Assembly (NCBI GenBank): GCA_018402015.1
Contig: JAGYJL010000007.1
Coordinates: 13,440 to 77,439, forward strand
Length of the DNA: 64,000 nt
Direction of reading: 5' to 3'
Origin: Flavobacteriales bacterium
GTDB lineage: Bacteria; Bacteroidota; Bacteroidia; UBA10329
The notes beneath the pieces are model-generated. The model saw nothing but the letters and a program-made list of their open reading frames with translations, did not search any database and was not told the origin of the DNA. Position 1 is the first letter of the stretch. Each line of letters starts with the position of its first letter. A program made the position numbers and the translations under genes. Below, piece by piece: positions 9,863 to 19,452 of the stretch.

Positions 9863-9961
9863 CAATTTTTCAATTGCCGTGCAAGTTAATATTCTAGACC
9901 ATATCAATGTGCATTCTTGAAATTGAGACAGGAGCAATTTTGAACAACGGATCTTTAATAA

Positions 9962-10741
9962 TTACCGAGAGCCCGTAGATTGCGTCCCTTGCTCGAACTG
10001 CCGCTGCTTGTGTAAGATAGCGACCGTAAGTTCATAATCAGAAAAGCCATAGATCTGACTTTCCGAGAAATTGCAAAAATCCATGAATTCGTGAAGTTTA
10101 TCGCCTTCGTAACCAGTTACTTTGGTAACCACATCTTCATTGAACTTCTGATAATTGTATCGATGGCGTTCTTTCTGCTTTTCTAATCGATGCAGTTCCT
10201 GCCTTGCTTTAGCATCTTTACTTAGGTTGCCGTAGATGAATGATGCTGGACTCATCATGTATTTAGCCTTCTTGATCTCGTTAGCATCTTCTGTTACAGG
10301 AATAGTTCGTCTATCTTTCGAAGGTCCTTTTATTCCTACAATTTCAATTGTTCCATCGTCAACTTCCAGTTCCATGAACTTTTGACGGAACTGTTCTTTC
10401 GTTCCTAGCGGATTTACCTCAACCTCTCCCAGCTGGTATTCGCGCTGTACCATCTTTATCTCAATATAATCTGCCAACAGCTCTTTCTCGGTAACGATCA
10501 ACGCTTTATGGTGGTATCCAATAGAGCTGAAAATGAGACTATCTCCCAAGTGAACTGGAATTTTGAATGCTCCTTCTGGCGATGTGATGGTAGCCAATGA
10601 ATCAGTAAGATTCATTACGTGAGCTGCTCCCACAGGACCGGCCGTGAGATGATTTCGTACAATTCCGCCAAGTAAAACCCGCTCTTGCGCTTGCGCAGCA
10701 GCAGAAAATATTAGCAGAAAAAGAATAGTCAGACGAATCAT
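9962..10741 (-). CDS. carboxypeptidase-regulatory-like domain protein
   Basis: ATG at 10739-10741 (MIRLTILFLLIFSAAAQAQ); the track start is a GTG 9 nt upstream. N-terminal GGIVRN...VGAAHVMN...TSPEGAFKIPV...GDSLIFSSIGY matches the CarbopepD_reg pattern. Confidence 0.6.
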   Translation of the reverse strand: MIRLTILFLLIFSAAAQAQERVLLGGIVRNHLTAGPVGAAHVMNLTDSLATITSPEGAFKIPVHLGDSLIFSSIGYHHKALIVTEKELLADYIEIKMVQREYQLGEVEVNPLGTKEQFRQKFMELEVDDGTIEIVGIKGPSKDRRTIPVTEDANEIKKAKYMMSPASFIYGNLSKDAKARQELHRLEKQKERHRYNYQKFNEDVVTKVTGYEGDKLHEFMDFCNFSESQIYGFSDYELTVAILHKQRQFEQGTQSTGSR

Positions 10742-10866
10742 TCGGAGCACAAAGAACGTGTATTCATATCAAGAATTATCGTGCCAAACAGCGTTAGGTT
10801 GTCAATTATTGTTAATGCCAACTTCATTTTGCAATTTAGGCAGCTAACCCCAAAACGAAATTCAGG

Positions 10867-11874
10867 TTGTACACGGTAACTCCAAATGGCGATAGTAGCA
10901 AGAACGCGCTTATTGATCGCTTGGTATCAGATAAGGATGATCTGAAAACTAAATTGATTGAAAATGGTGCAATACTGCTGCGAGGTTATGAATTAAGAAC
11001 ACCTGAAGATTTTGAGGATGTTGCGTTGGTTCTAGAGCCCGGATTGCAGAACAACTATGCAGGCACATCGCCTCGAAATAGTAGAACAAAGTTTGTGCAT
11101 TCCGCCAGCGAACTTCCAGGGCATTACCCTATCATGCAGCATTGCGAGATGAGTTTTCTACCCACGGCACCAAGGTTCCTTTTCTTCTACTGCTTTGTAG
11201 AACCCAACGATGGTGGAGAAACACCCGTTTGCGATTTTAGAAAGGTCTACGCTCAAATGGATCCGAAAATCCGGGATGAGTTTGAACGGAGAGGAGTGAA
11301 GCTCATCAGAAATTACACGGGGCCTAACACCAAAGCAAGCACAGATGTGTATCAGCTCAAACGTTGGGATGAACTGTTCAAAACCACCGATCATGCCGTG
11401 GTAGAAGAGGAATGCAAAAAGAACGATCTTACCGCAACTTGGCTTGAAGATGATAAGCTGAAACTGGTAAACTCTCGGCCGGCAATGCAAAAGCATCCAG
11501 AAACGGGAGAGATGGTCTGGTTCAACCATTTGCAGGTTTTTCATCGCGAAGCTGCTGCAATTGAATACAGACATGTTTTTAAAAGACGCAGAGATCTGTA
11601 TTCTCTCAAATACATGCTGGCCCTGAATACGATAACCTTCTTCAAACGATTGTTCAAGAAACCGTCAGACGAGGCGATGCACATGGTGTTTGCAGATAAC
11701 GATTCAGAAATTCCACGAAGTTACGTTGAGCATGTGCAGAACCTTATTTGGGATAACATGGAGGCCAACCCATGGAAGTTGGGAGATGTGTTGATGATAG
11801 ATAACTTCAGCACTTCGCATGGTAGATTACCATACAAAGGTCCGCGCGATATTCTTGTAGCTTGGAGCGCGTGA
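10867..11874 (+). CDS. TauD/TfdA-family Fe(II)/2-oxoglutarate dioxygenase
   Basis: 335 aa with a TTG start and no nearby ATG. Pattern GAILLRGY...PEDFE, the MQHCEMSF metal-binding region and C-terminal NFSTSHGRLPY are typical of TauD/SyrP-like proteins. Confidence 0.75.
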   Translation: MYTVTPNGDSSKNALIDRLVSDKDDLKTKLIENGAILLRGYELRTPEDFEDVALVLEPGLQNNYAGTSPRNSRTKFVHSASELPGHYPIMQHCEMSFLPTAPRFLFFYCFVEPNDGGETPVCDFRKVYAQMDPKIRDEFERRGVKLIRNYTGPNTKASTDVYQLKRWDELFKTTDHAVVEEECKKNDLTATWLEDDKLKLVNSRPAMQKHPETGEMVWFNHLQVFHREAAAIEYRHVFKRRRDLYSLKYMLALNTITFFKRLFKKPSDEAMHMVFADNDSEIPRSYVEHVQNLIWDNMEANPWKLGDVLMIDNFSTSHGRLPYKGPRDILVAWSA

Positions 11875-11905
11875 CCTTATTTCCATCGAACGTATTTATT
11901 AACTG

Positions 11906-12793
11906 ATGCAAGAGGCCATCAATATCAACTTCGACCCAAACAGTCGAATGACGTTGAACTTTTTGCTGGCGTTCATCATGTTCGGAGTGTCGTTAGACCT
12001 GCAATGGTCAGACATTTCGCGGGCTTTCAGAAGACCGAAATCAACCCTGCTTGGACTTCTATCGCAGTTTATTCTCATGCCGGCCCTCACTTTCGTGGTG
12101 GCTTACTTTTGGAATCCTTTGCCTGGTTTGGCATTGGGTATGTTTCTGGTTGCCGCTTGCCCTGGAGGAACTGTTTCCAACTTTATGAGTTCCTTGGCTA
12201 AGGCCGATCTGGGATTATCGGTTACCCTTACGGCCATTTCTACTTTTCTCTGTCTATTCTTTACGCCATTCAATTTTGAGTTTTGGAGCGGATTATATCC
12301 AGGCACTGCAGAGCTGTTAAGATCGGTTGAGTTGGATGCGTTTGAGTTGTTTCAGACCGTCTTCCTATTTCTGATACTTCCGGTTTTTATTGGGATGCTA
12401 TTCCGTGCCAAAAAACCAGTACTGACCAACAAGATCATGAAGCCCATCAAGTGGGTTTCTATGGTCATTTTCATCCTGTTTGTGGTTATGGCGTTCCTCA
12501 AGAATCAAGACAACTTTATTAAGCACGCTCATTTGGTTGTGGCTTTGGTAATTGTGCATAATCTATCTGCCTTTGTGCTAGGATATGTGGTTGGTAAAGT
12601 TGGTAAGTTAGGGGAGCCGGCTTCTCGCTCTTTGGCTATTGAGACCGGAATTCAGAACTCTGGTCTAGGGCTTATCATCTGTTTCAATTTCTTTCCTGAA
12701 GTAGGCGAGATGGCACTGCTATGCGCCACTTGGGGAATTTGGCACATCATTTCAGGAATGGCACTTTCTGCCTATTGGGCAAAAGCTGCCTAA
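11906..12793 (+). CDS. bile acid:Na+ symporter (BASS) family transporter
   Basis: Polytopic, 295 aa. [14 protein letters not shown]...[16 protein letters not shown]...[11 protein letters not shown] matches BASS signatures. Confidence 0.85.
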   Translation: MQEAININFDPNSRMTLNFLLAFIMFGVSLDLQWSDISRAFRRPKSTLLGLLSQFILMPALTFVVAYFWNPLPGLALGMFLVAACPGGTVSNFMSSLAKADLGLSVTLTAISTFLCLFFTPFNFEFWSGLYPGTAELLRSVELDAFELFQTVFLFLILPVFIGMLFRAKKPVLTNKIMKPIKWVSMVIFILFVVMAFLKNQDNFIKHAHLVVALVIVHNLSAFVLGYVVGKVGKLGEPASRSLAIETGIQNSGLGLIICFNFFPEVGEMALLCATWGIWHIISGMALSAYWAKAA

Positions 12794-13035
12794 CTCTTTT
12801 TTACCTCCTTAGTTGGTACTGGATCATAACCATGACCGCCCCAAGGATGGCACGACCCGATTCGTTTTACCGCTAACCAGCTTCCTTTAATTGGTCCCCA
12901 AGTTTGAATGGCTTCAATGCTGTAACTGGAACATGTTGGTGTATACCTACAAGTAGGAGGAAGCCATGGGGAAATTGCCCCTTGATAGAATCTGATCGGC
13001 AGAATCAATAAGAATTTGAACACTTTCGATATCAT
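12790..13035 (-). CDS. yidD: membrane protein insertion efficiency factor YidD
   Basis: [23 protein letters not shown]...[15 protein letters not shown] is the YidD signature. Its stop overlaps the convergent BASS stop (CTAA). Confidence 0.9.
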   Translation of the reverse strand: MISKVFKFLLILPIRFYQGAISPWLPPTCRYTPTCSSYSIEAIQTWGPIKGSWLAVKRIGSCHPWGGHGYDPVPTKEVKKS

Positions 13036-13054
13036 GCGAAAGCACGATTACGTG

Positions 13055-14119
13055 TCATGGAACAACGATGCGGTCTGTGAAGGACAGTTCTTTAGAACTG
13101 AAACGACAAACGTAATTACCTGAGTAAAGTCCCACGGAACTCAGCACAACTGTTTGCTTTCCTGCTGGCTGCATTCCTTCTAAAACGGTGTAAACCACTC
13201 GTCCGCTCATGTCAATAATATTGAAACTTGCATCTTGCGCAGTGCTCAATTCAAATCTTACGACTGGATATCCCGAATTGTAATAGATCTCATGCGTTTC
13301 AAACAATTCTTCGTCTATTCCCACCGTGTTGGATTCAAACCCAACGAAAAGCACCTGATTCCAGCCAGGAATTGCCAAGGTGTCTGTTTCAACCGCGTAA
13401 CATATATCGGCCGGATTGTTTATTCCAGAAACAGTAATCACCTCCGATACGCTGAAATCGTTCGTGTATTTGGTGATTCTGGCCGGGCTCCAAGATGAAA
13501 TGAACCAGTTGCCATCACTATCGTAATCAATACCATCGATATTTGTTAGGCCGGTTGAAGCAACAACGGTCGAAATTGTATAATCAGATAAACTCATCTC
13601 TCTGATGGTCCCGGTACCCCATGTTACGAATAAGCAACGATTGTTGCTAGCGTCATACACAATTCCATTAGGAGTAACTGAACCTGTTGTAGCTACTTGA
13701 GTTACAGTTGGGGAACTCAGGTTGGTAATATCTATTTCATGTATTTTTCTGGCGTTGAAATCGGTTACCCAAAGCTTATCCGATCCATTACTTGCCATGC
13801 CATTTAAAAAAACGGCTCCAGAAACAGATACGTTCATCACTTGCATTTCTGTCGTGAGGTCATAACCTCGTACAGTGCTTCCTACGATAGCGAATAAAGT
13901 ATTGCCTACCACTTCCATCCCGTAATCTGCACTGGTTCCGCTACCGAAATAAGATAAACCTCCATTTGGAGCAATTGCTACGATGCTGCTATTGTCTGAA
14001 GATGCCAGATAACGATTGTTGATGGGGTCGTATTCTACACTTTCTACACCAGCAAGGCTTTGGCCATACAGTTGAGAAGTAAGAAGGACAGACGTGAGAA
14101 GAAGTAGAGCGTTTTTCAT
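13055..14119 (-). CDS. secreted beta-propeller-like protein with T9SS type A CTD
   Basis: Start at MKNALLLLTSVLLTSQLYGQ (ATG 14117-14119). Repeated blade-like segments. The C-terminus ...GNYVCRFSSKELSFTDRIVVP is CTD-like. Confidence 0.6.
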   Translation of the reverse strand: MKNALLLLTSVLLTSQLYGQSLAGVESVEYDPINNRYLASSDNSSIVAIAPNGGLSYFGSGTSADYGMEVVGNTLFAIVGSTVRGYDLTTEMQVMNVSVSGAVFLNGMASNGSDKLWVTDFNARKIHEIDITNLSSPTVTQVATTGSVTPNGIVYDASNNRCLFVTWGTGTIREMSLSDYTISTVVASTGLTNIDGIDYDSDGNWFISSWSPARITKYTNDFSVSEVITVSGINNPADICYAVETDTLAIPGWNQVLFVGFESNTVGIDEELFETHEIYYNSGYPVVRFELSTAQDASFNIIDMSGRVVYTVLEGMQPAGKQTVVLSSVGLYSGNYVCRFSSKELSFTDRIVVP

Positions 14120-14215
14120 GCTTTGGAATAATTGAAGCACGAAACTATCAGAATGATACAGTTGAAGATGTTAAAAACACTCGAACTATTCAATAGTTCC
14201 TAACATTTCAAAATT

Positions 14216-14596
14216 TCAGGGGCATTCCGTTATCAACCATTCAATTGCTTTTGTTTCATCTGTAAAAGCTTTGAGAGGAAATTTAGGTGCATGCACCAAC
14301 GTTAAAAGGTTGTAAAGGATCTTTGTACTAGTAGAGTTTGTTACCACGGCTTCCGCTTCTATCAATAAGATGGCCTTTTCGTATTTGTTGAACAGGTTTC
14401 TAGCTTCCTTGGTCATCAGAAACTCGATTTCGTTCAACAGCATCATGATCTTAAAAGGTTGCCCACCTGCTTCCATTTCCATAAGATCGAGAATAGCTAT
14501 CAAATCCTGCTCGGTATAAACATCATCCTCCTGTGGTTGGAATACAACGATTCCATCCTTTGATAACTGAATAGAAGCTGACCTGAAATGCTGCAT
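14216..14596 (-). CDS. small STAS/SpoIIAA-like protein, paralog 1 of 4
   Basis: ATG at 14594-14596 (MQHFRS); the track ORF starts at a TTG at 14623. It shares the paralog architecture and the C-terminal motif FPLKAFTDETKAIEWL. Confidence 0.55.
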   Translation of the reverse strand: MQHFRSASIQLSKDGIVVFQPQEDDVYTEQDLIAILDLMEMEAGGQPFKIMMLLNEIEFLMTKEARNLFNKYEKAILLIEAEAVVTNSTSTKILYNLLTLVHAPKFPLKAFTDETKAIEWLITECP

Positions 14597-14686
14597 GTTG
14601 GTCAAGGTAAGCAGTATGTTCAAAGCTATACATGACTTCTGTCAATACATGTTTCTCATAACTTTAGCGGTCTTAACTACCATGTC

Positions 14687-16315
14687 ATGAAAGAATACAA
14701 GGCTGACTCAGTAATAATAGGAGGAGGGATTGCAGGCATTACGGCCGCGATTGAATTGTTGAACGAAGGCCAGAAAGTATTGGTAATTGACCGTGACGTA
14801 GAAGAAGAGTTGGGAGGCCTTGCCAAGTGGAGTTTTGGCGGCATGTTCTTCGTTGATTCACCGCTTCAGCGAAGGGCTGGAATGAAAGATAGCGTGGATC
14901 TTGCGCTGCGCGATTGGCTTTCTGTGGCCGATTTTGGCGATGATGATGTACTGCCAAAGCAATGGGCAGAACAGTATGTTAATATGTGTACGGATCATAT
15001 TTACCGTTGGTTGACCAAAGAACATGGTACTAAGTTCTTTCCAGTGGTGCATTGGGTAGAGCGTGGATTGTACAAGCCAGGCAATTCCTATCCCCGTTTT
15101 CATATGGTTTGGGGAACAGGAAAAGGCCTTACTGATGATCTTATCAAAAGCATGAAAAACCACCCGAAAGCGGCTACCCATTTACAGATGGTGTATCGCC
15201 ACAAGGCAGAAGATCTGATGGTGGAGAATGGAGCGGTAGTAGGAGTGAGGGGAATGGACGAACACAACAGCTTACCTTTTGTGGCAAGAGGAGAAAATGT
15301 GTTGGTTGCAACTGGCGGTCTTGGAGGAAACATTCAACGAGTTCGGGAAACATGGTATAAACCATGGGGCGCACCACCTAAGACCATACTCAACGGTTCG
15401 CATCCATACGCCTTGGGCGATATGCACGATGCGGTTGAAAAGATTCAAGGAAACGTAACCAATTTGGATTGGGCTTGGCATTACGCTGCTGGAGTTCGTC
15501 ATCCAAGACCAAAATGGAAAGATCATGGTTTAAGCCTGGTGCCACCGAAATCTGCCTTGTGGCTTGATCACACAGGTAAACGATTTGGTCCCAATCCGCT
15601 CATAACCGCTTATGACACGCGTTGGACAGTGGAAGAGATATGCAAGCAGGAAAAGAAGTACAGTTGGCAGGTGCTTAACATGAAGATCATGATGAAGGAG
15701 TTTGCGATCAGTGGCTCTGAGAGCAACGAGGCCATACGCGATAAAAACCTACTTAAGTTCTTAAGAGACATTCTCTTAGGTAACAAGAAGTTGGTGAATG
15801 ACATGCTCAATTCTCCAGACTTCGTAACGGCAAATACCTTAGATGAACTGGTGGATAAGATGAACGCCTTAGAAGGAACCAATGATGTGAAATTGGAGCA
15901 TGTTCGCGATAGTATCTTGCCTTATGATGCCATGATAGACCGTGGCCCAAGCTTCCATGATGATGAGCAGTTGCGAAGGATAGCTCACGCAAGACAATAC
16001 CGAGGCGACAAAGTAAGAACATGCAAGTTCCAGAAGATACTGGACCCTAAGGCACTTCCATTGATCGCCATTCGCGAATCTATTCTGTCTCGAAAAACCT
16101 TAGGGGGAATTCAGACCGATCTTGGTGGTAGGGTAATGAGTAAACCTATGAATGGGACCTCAGAACCGATACCAGGCCTTTATGCCATTGGCGAAGCTGC
16201 TGGTTTCGGGGGTGGTGGTTCGCACGGTAAAGGTGCGCTAGAAGGAACCTTCCTTGGTGGTTGTGTTCTTACTGCACGAATTGCAGCAAAGACAATCGTA
16301 GGTAAAAGCCTTTAG
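14687..16315 (+). CDS. FAD-binding dehydrogenase (COG3573-like flavoprotein)
   Basis: N-terminal dinucleotide fold DSVIIGGGIAGITAAIELLNEGQKVLVIDRD, then GGLAKWSFGGMFFVDSP. C-terminal GLYAIGEAAGFGGGG. Confidence 0.8.
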   Translation: MKEYKADSVIIGGGIAGITAAIELLNEGQKVLVIDRDVEEELGGLAKWSFGGMFFVDSPLQRRAGMKDSVDLALRDWLSVADFGDDDVLPKQWAEQYVNMCTDHIYRWLTKEHGTKFFPVVHWVERGLYKPGNSYPRFHMVWGTGKGLTDDLIKSMKNHPKAATHLQMVYRHKAEDLMVENGAVVGVRGMDEHNSLPFVARGENVLVATGGLGGNIQRVRETWYKPWGAPPKTILNGSHPYALGDMHDAVEKIQGNVTNLDWAWHYAAGVRHPRPKWKDHGLSLVPPKSALWLDHTGKRFGPNPLITAYDTRWTVEEICKQEKKYSWQVLNMKIMMKEFAISGSESNEAIRDKNLLKFLRDILLGNKKLVNDMLNSPDFVTANTLDELVDKMNALEGTNDVKLEHVRDSILPYDAMIDRGPSFHDDEQLRRIAHARQYRGDKVRTCKFQKILDPKALPLIAIRESILSRKTLGGIQTDLGGRVMSKPMNGTSEPIPGLYAIGEAAGFGGGGSHGKGALEGTFLGGCVLTARIAAKTIVGKSL

Positions 16316-16317
16316 AT

Positions 16318-16758
16318 CTAGGCCACTCGCTTCGAGTCGTTGTTTGCTTTGTTGTTGGCTTCGCGCAATTTGGTCCTGATCCAATGCTCAGCGCGCATCG
16401 GTGATTCGAAATATTGAATTGGAAAAGCCTTACTGCCCGTAAGGGTGAGAAATAGGTTGGCTATTATCCTTCCTAAATAACTGGTCGATATCAAGGCAAC
16501 TCCAACTACCTTGCCTTTTATATCAGCGCCACTGGATAGATACTCTCTCGCTTCAGCATGTACGTACGTGATCTTAGACAGGTCATATACACCACCACGG
16601 TAAGGAGAATCATCTTCCATCAATTCATTGGTAGCATGTATCAATCTTTTGGCAGCCTCTACGGTTACCTCAGTTCCGACCTTAATGGTAACGTTGAAAA
16701 TGTTGCCTGGCAACTTCTCAATTACCGCAATATCTGTCTGACTTGTTTTAACGATCAT
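16318..16758 (-). CDS. small STAS/SpoIIAA-like protein, paralog 2 of 4
   Basis: 146 aa. ...VTVEAAKRLIHATNELM...YDLSKITYVHAEAREYL...VGVALISTSYLGRIIANLFLTLTGSKAFPIQYFESPMRAEHWI. The stop is 2 nt from the convergent flavoprotein stop. Confidence 0.6.
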   Translation of the reverse strand: MIVKTSQTDIAVIEKLPGNIFNVTIKVGTEVTVEAAKRLIHATNELMEDDSPYRGGVYDLSKITYVHAEAREYLSSGADIKGKVVGVALISTSYLGRIIANLFLTLTGSKAFPIQYFESPMRAEHWIRTKLREANNKANNDSKRVA

Positions 16759-16782
16759 GCTCTTGGAGTTTAATTGACTGTA

Positions 16783-17226
16783 TCACACCATTAGACGAAC
16801 AATACTGTTTTTGGTCACTGCTTTCAATACTGCCTGCTTCATTTCAACAGACCAATTGCTTGCTTTTTCCATGCTTGCGAACATGTCCATTGGTATTGAT
16901 TGGATCTCGGTGTGTTGAAGCAATAGCGTTGAAACTACGTTTGAGAGATGATTTTCAGATACCAGAGCCAAGGAACATATTCTTTCGGCAGACATGCATT
17001 CGGTTGTAATATGAACTCTGGCATCCTGTGCAACAAACGCTACGGATGAAGTGACGATGATCAGCGATTTGATCGTAGGGCTGTTATCGGCCAATTTCAA
17101 TACAGCTTCCATCAGTTCTGTCGCTTTGTCCAATTCAACAGTTATCCTTTTTGTAGGTATAACTTCAATAATGTTGTTGTCTGTCAGCCAGATATTGGCA
17201 TAGGGTAATTGAATACTGTTGCCCAT
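16783..17226 (-). CDS. small STAS/SpoIIAA-like protein, paralog 3 of 4 (most divergent)
   Basis: 147 aa with the same layout: ITVELDKATELMEAVLKL...AFVAQDARVHI...LALVSENHLSNVVSTLLLQ...IPMDMFASMEKASNW. Confidence 0.55.
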   Translation of the reverse strand: MGNSIQLPYANIWLTDNNIIEVIPTKRITVELDKATELMEAVLKLADNSPTIKSLIIVTSSVAFVAQDARVHITTECMSAERICSLALVSENHLSNVVSTLLLQHTEIQSIPMDMFASMEKASNWSVEMKQAVLKAVTKNSIVRLMV

Positions 17227-17367
17227 AGAGATTCAAAGTTTATTGCCTATTACATTATTTGCGTATTTCTGGTTACGCAATTCTCGTAGGTTATCGATAA
17301 ACGACCTCTTCCTGCAATTACAGGCTTATAAATTCAAATTATCGGTCAAAAGACGCGAGAATACTGT

Positions 17368-17781
17368 TTAAGAAGCTACTCTTGTAATATAGCGCTTGTA
17401 TTCTGTATGTGCCCAATGTTGTGCTTCTAAGGAATCTGTGAAGATCTTCACAGGGTAGGCGGGTTTGTTGATGGATAGGAAGAAACTTCCGATTATCCTA
17501 GCTGTAAAAGTGTTCGTTATCAAAGCCACAGCGATTGTCTTTCCCCACGAAGAACTTACTTCTTGCAGATGCTTCCTGGCATCGGGAGTAACGGTAGAGA
17601 TTCCAGAAAGGTCTATAACGGTGCAGTGTTCCTCTCCTCGACAGAGATACTCTATCAGTGCATGATAGGTCTTTGCCCGCTCGAGGTCAATTTCAACGTT
17701 ATGAAAAACCTTGGCAAGAATTACTCCCTCGTGTCGAATGGAGACTTCTCCAAAATCAGATCTTACAGTTCGTTTCATCAT
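17368..17781 (-). CDS. small STAS/SpoIIAA-like protein, paralog 4 of 4
   Basis: 137 aa. EIDLERAKTYHALIEYL...VIDLSGISTVTPDARKHL...IAVALITNTFTARIIGSFFLSINKPAYPVKIFTDSLEAQHW. Confidence 0.6.
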   Translation of the reverse strand: MMKRTVRSDFGEVSIRHEGVILAKVFHNVEIDLERAKTYHALIEYLCRGEEHCTVIDLSGISTVTPDARKHLQEVSSSWGKTIAVALITNTFTARIIGSFFLSINKPAYPVKIFTDSLEAQHWAHTEYKRYITRVAS

Positions 17782-17904
17782 GGTGCGATGAGCTTTGAAA
17801 TGAAAGTACCTATGACACTACGTGAAAAACGTAATTGAAATGACAGGATTGGAAGTTAAATAGGTCTACAAATGGAAAATATTTAATCTTCAGCTTGCAC
17901 AAGA

Positions 17905-18585
17905 TCAGTTCAATTTCATCTTAGCGTCTGTTATTTCCTCTGGGGAATATTTAAGGTTCTTTCCCATGGTGCCAGCAAAGCGTTTCCAAAACCCTTCGCG
18001 GTCCGGTAAGGCAACAAAATCCTCCACTCTTGACCCAGTAGGATCAATGGCTATAGCCTCCATATCATCATAATACGTATGTATGGTATCGAAAATGGCA
18101 GGTACAAATGCCAGATCCAATTTTTTGCGTTTGGCAAAAGAACGTACCATCTTAGATTGGAACGGATCGGTAGCCAAAGCAACTTTCTGAAATCCAAGGT
18201 CTTTGGCCATGTAGTAGGAGTAGAATACATTCTCTGTGCTGTGCTCGGCCCGTTCTTCGGTAAAAACATGTTCTGCTGGCACGCCCAACTTCTTCGCGTA
18301 TTCGGCCATAATGCGCGCTTCTATATATGGGCTATACACTGCACTGCCCGAAAAGATGATGTTCTTGGTAAGGCCTTGTGTGTAAAGATGGTAGCTCCAA
18401 AGTACACGGGCACGCATTACATCGCTCCAAGCTGTGTCGAAAGGAACACCGGGCACAATAACCGCATCAAAGGGCATTTCAGGCTTTACTTTTTCAAAGG
18501 CTGTTCTTGTACTTCCGCAAGAAACTATTCCAATAATACCTATCACTACCAAGTGATACAGCACTAGTTTTCCTAAAAATCTCAT
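17905..18585 (-). CDS. DUF218 (YdcF/ElyC/SanA-like) family lipoprotein
   Basis: ATG at 18583-18585 (MRFLGK...IVSCGS lipobox-like). DAVIVPGVPF...IIFSGSAVYSPYIEARIMAEYAKKLGVP...EERAEHSTEN matches the DUF218 core. Confidence 0.75.
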   Translation of the reverse strand: MRFLGKLVLYHLVVIGIIGIVSCGSTRTAFEKVKPEMPFDAVIVPGVPFDTAWSDVMRARVLWSYHLYTQGLTKNIIFSGSAVYSPYIEARIMAEYAKKLGVPAEHVFTEERAEHSTENVFYSYYMAKDLGFQKVALATDPFQSKMVRSFAKRKKLDLAFVPAIFDTIHTYYDDMEAIAIDPTGSRVEDFVALPDREGFWKRFAGTMGKNLKYSPEEITDAKMKLN

Positions 18586-18628
18586 GATATTCAAAAATGA
18601 AACTGAACGTAAAATCGGTGCAATGCTA

Positions 18629-19297
18629 CTATATCTCCGTGGCGAAACAAAGTTCTACTTGCTCAGATGGTTTCCACAACAGACCATGTGTACCTTGTCT
18701 ACGCACCTCTTTTGATTTACGCTCAACAAGGGGAGTGAATTCATCTCTGAAGGCAAGTTGGTGATCGATATCCAACTCGAACGATTTCCAGTAACGATTA
18801 ACAATGGAAAATTTTGCTGGAAGGAAATCCACATTGCTCATGTCGTGACCTTCCAGTTTTGCGATGAACTGGATCATTCCAGATTGCCACATATCCGTTG
18901 CCACGGCAACTTTCTCAAAACCGTATTTCTCGGCTATTTCCATCGAGTAGAATACGTTTTCCATGCTGTGCTCTGCGTTACGCTCCAAAATAAGTGCCTC
19001 TGCCGGAATGCCTTTCTCCATGAGGTAAAGCGCGAATATCTCTGCCTCTACATAGGGAGAGTGAACAGCGCCACCAGAGAGAATGATGTGCTGTGTTCGA
19101 CCTGTTTGATATAGTTCATAGGCCCAGGCCAATCTCAAGCGATAAATGGCATTCATCTTTCCATCTGGATGGAAGGGAAATCCAGGGATTATAACAGCAT
19201 CATATAATTGAGGTGTTTCTTTTGCCAAAGCAACCGTGGTTGACAATGGAAGTAGCATGGTAAACGTTACTAGAAATGCATTGATTGACCGTTTCAT
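18629..19297 (-). CDS. DUF218 (YdcF/ElyC/SanA-like) family protein, tandem paralog
   Basis: YDAVIIPGFPF...IILSGGAVHSPYVEAEIFALYLMEKGIP...ERNAEHSMEN is collinear with the neighbouring gene. Confidence 0.75.
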   Translation of the reverse strand: MKRSINAFLVTFTMLLPLSTTVALAKETPQLYDAVIIPGFPFHPDGKMNAIYRLRLAWAYELYQTGRTQHIILSGGAVHSPYVEAEIFALYLMEKGIPAEALILERNAEHSMENVFYSMEIAEKYGFEKVAVATDMWQSGMIQFIAKLEGHDMSNVDFLPAKFSIVNRYWKSFELDIDHQLAFRDEFTPLVERKSKEVRRQGTHGLLWKPSEQVELCFATEI

Positions 19298-19452
19298 ATT
19301 GTGTGTCTATTGGTTAGTATGGAAACAGAGCTGTTTAACATTTGTTCAATTAAAACAATAAAAAGTTAAACAAAATGAAAATTACGAAGGGCGAAGCCCA
19401 GGGGTCACAGTCGGCTCGTAGCTCCCTTTCCCCTGAACTTCCTTTCCTTCGA

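Noticed and set aside
18079-18567. 162-aa + strand ORF
   Set aside because: It is antisense to the DUF218 lipoprotein gene, whose family motifs are clear.
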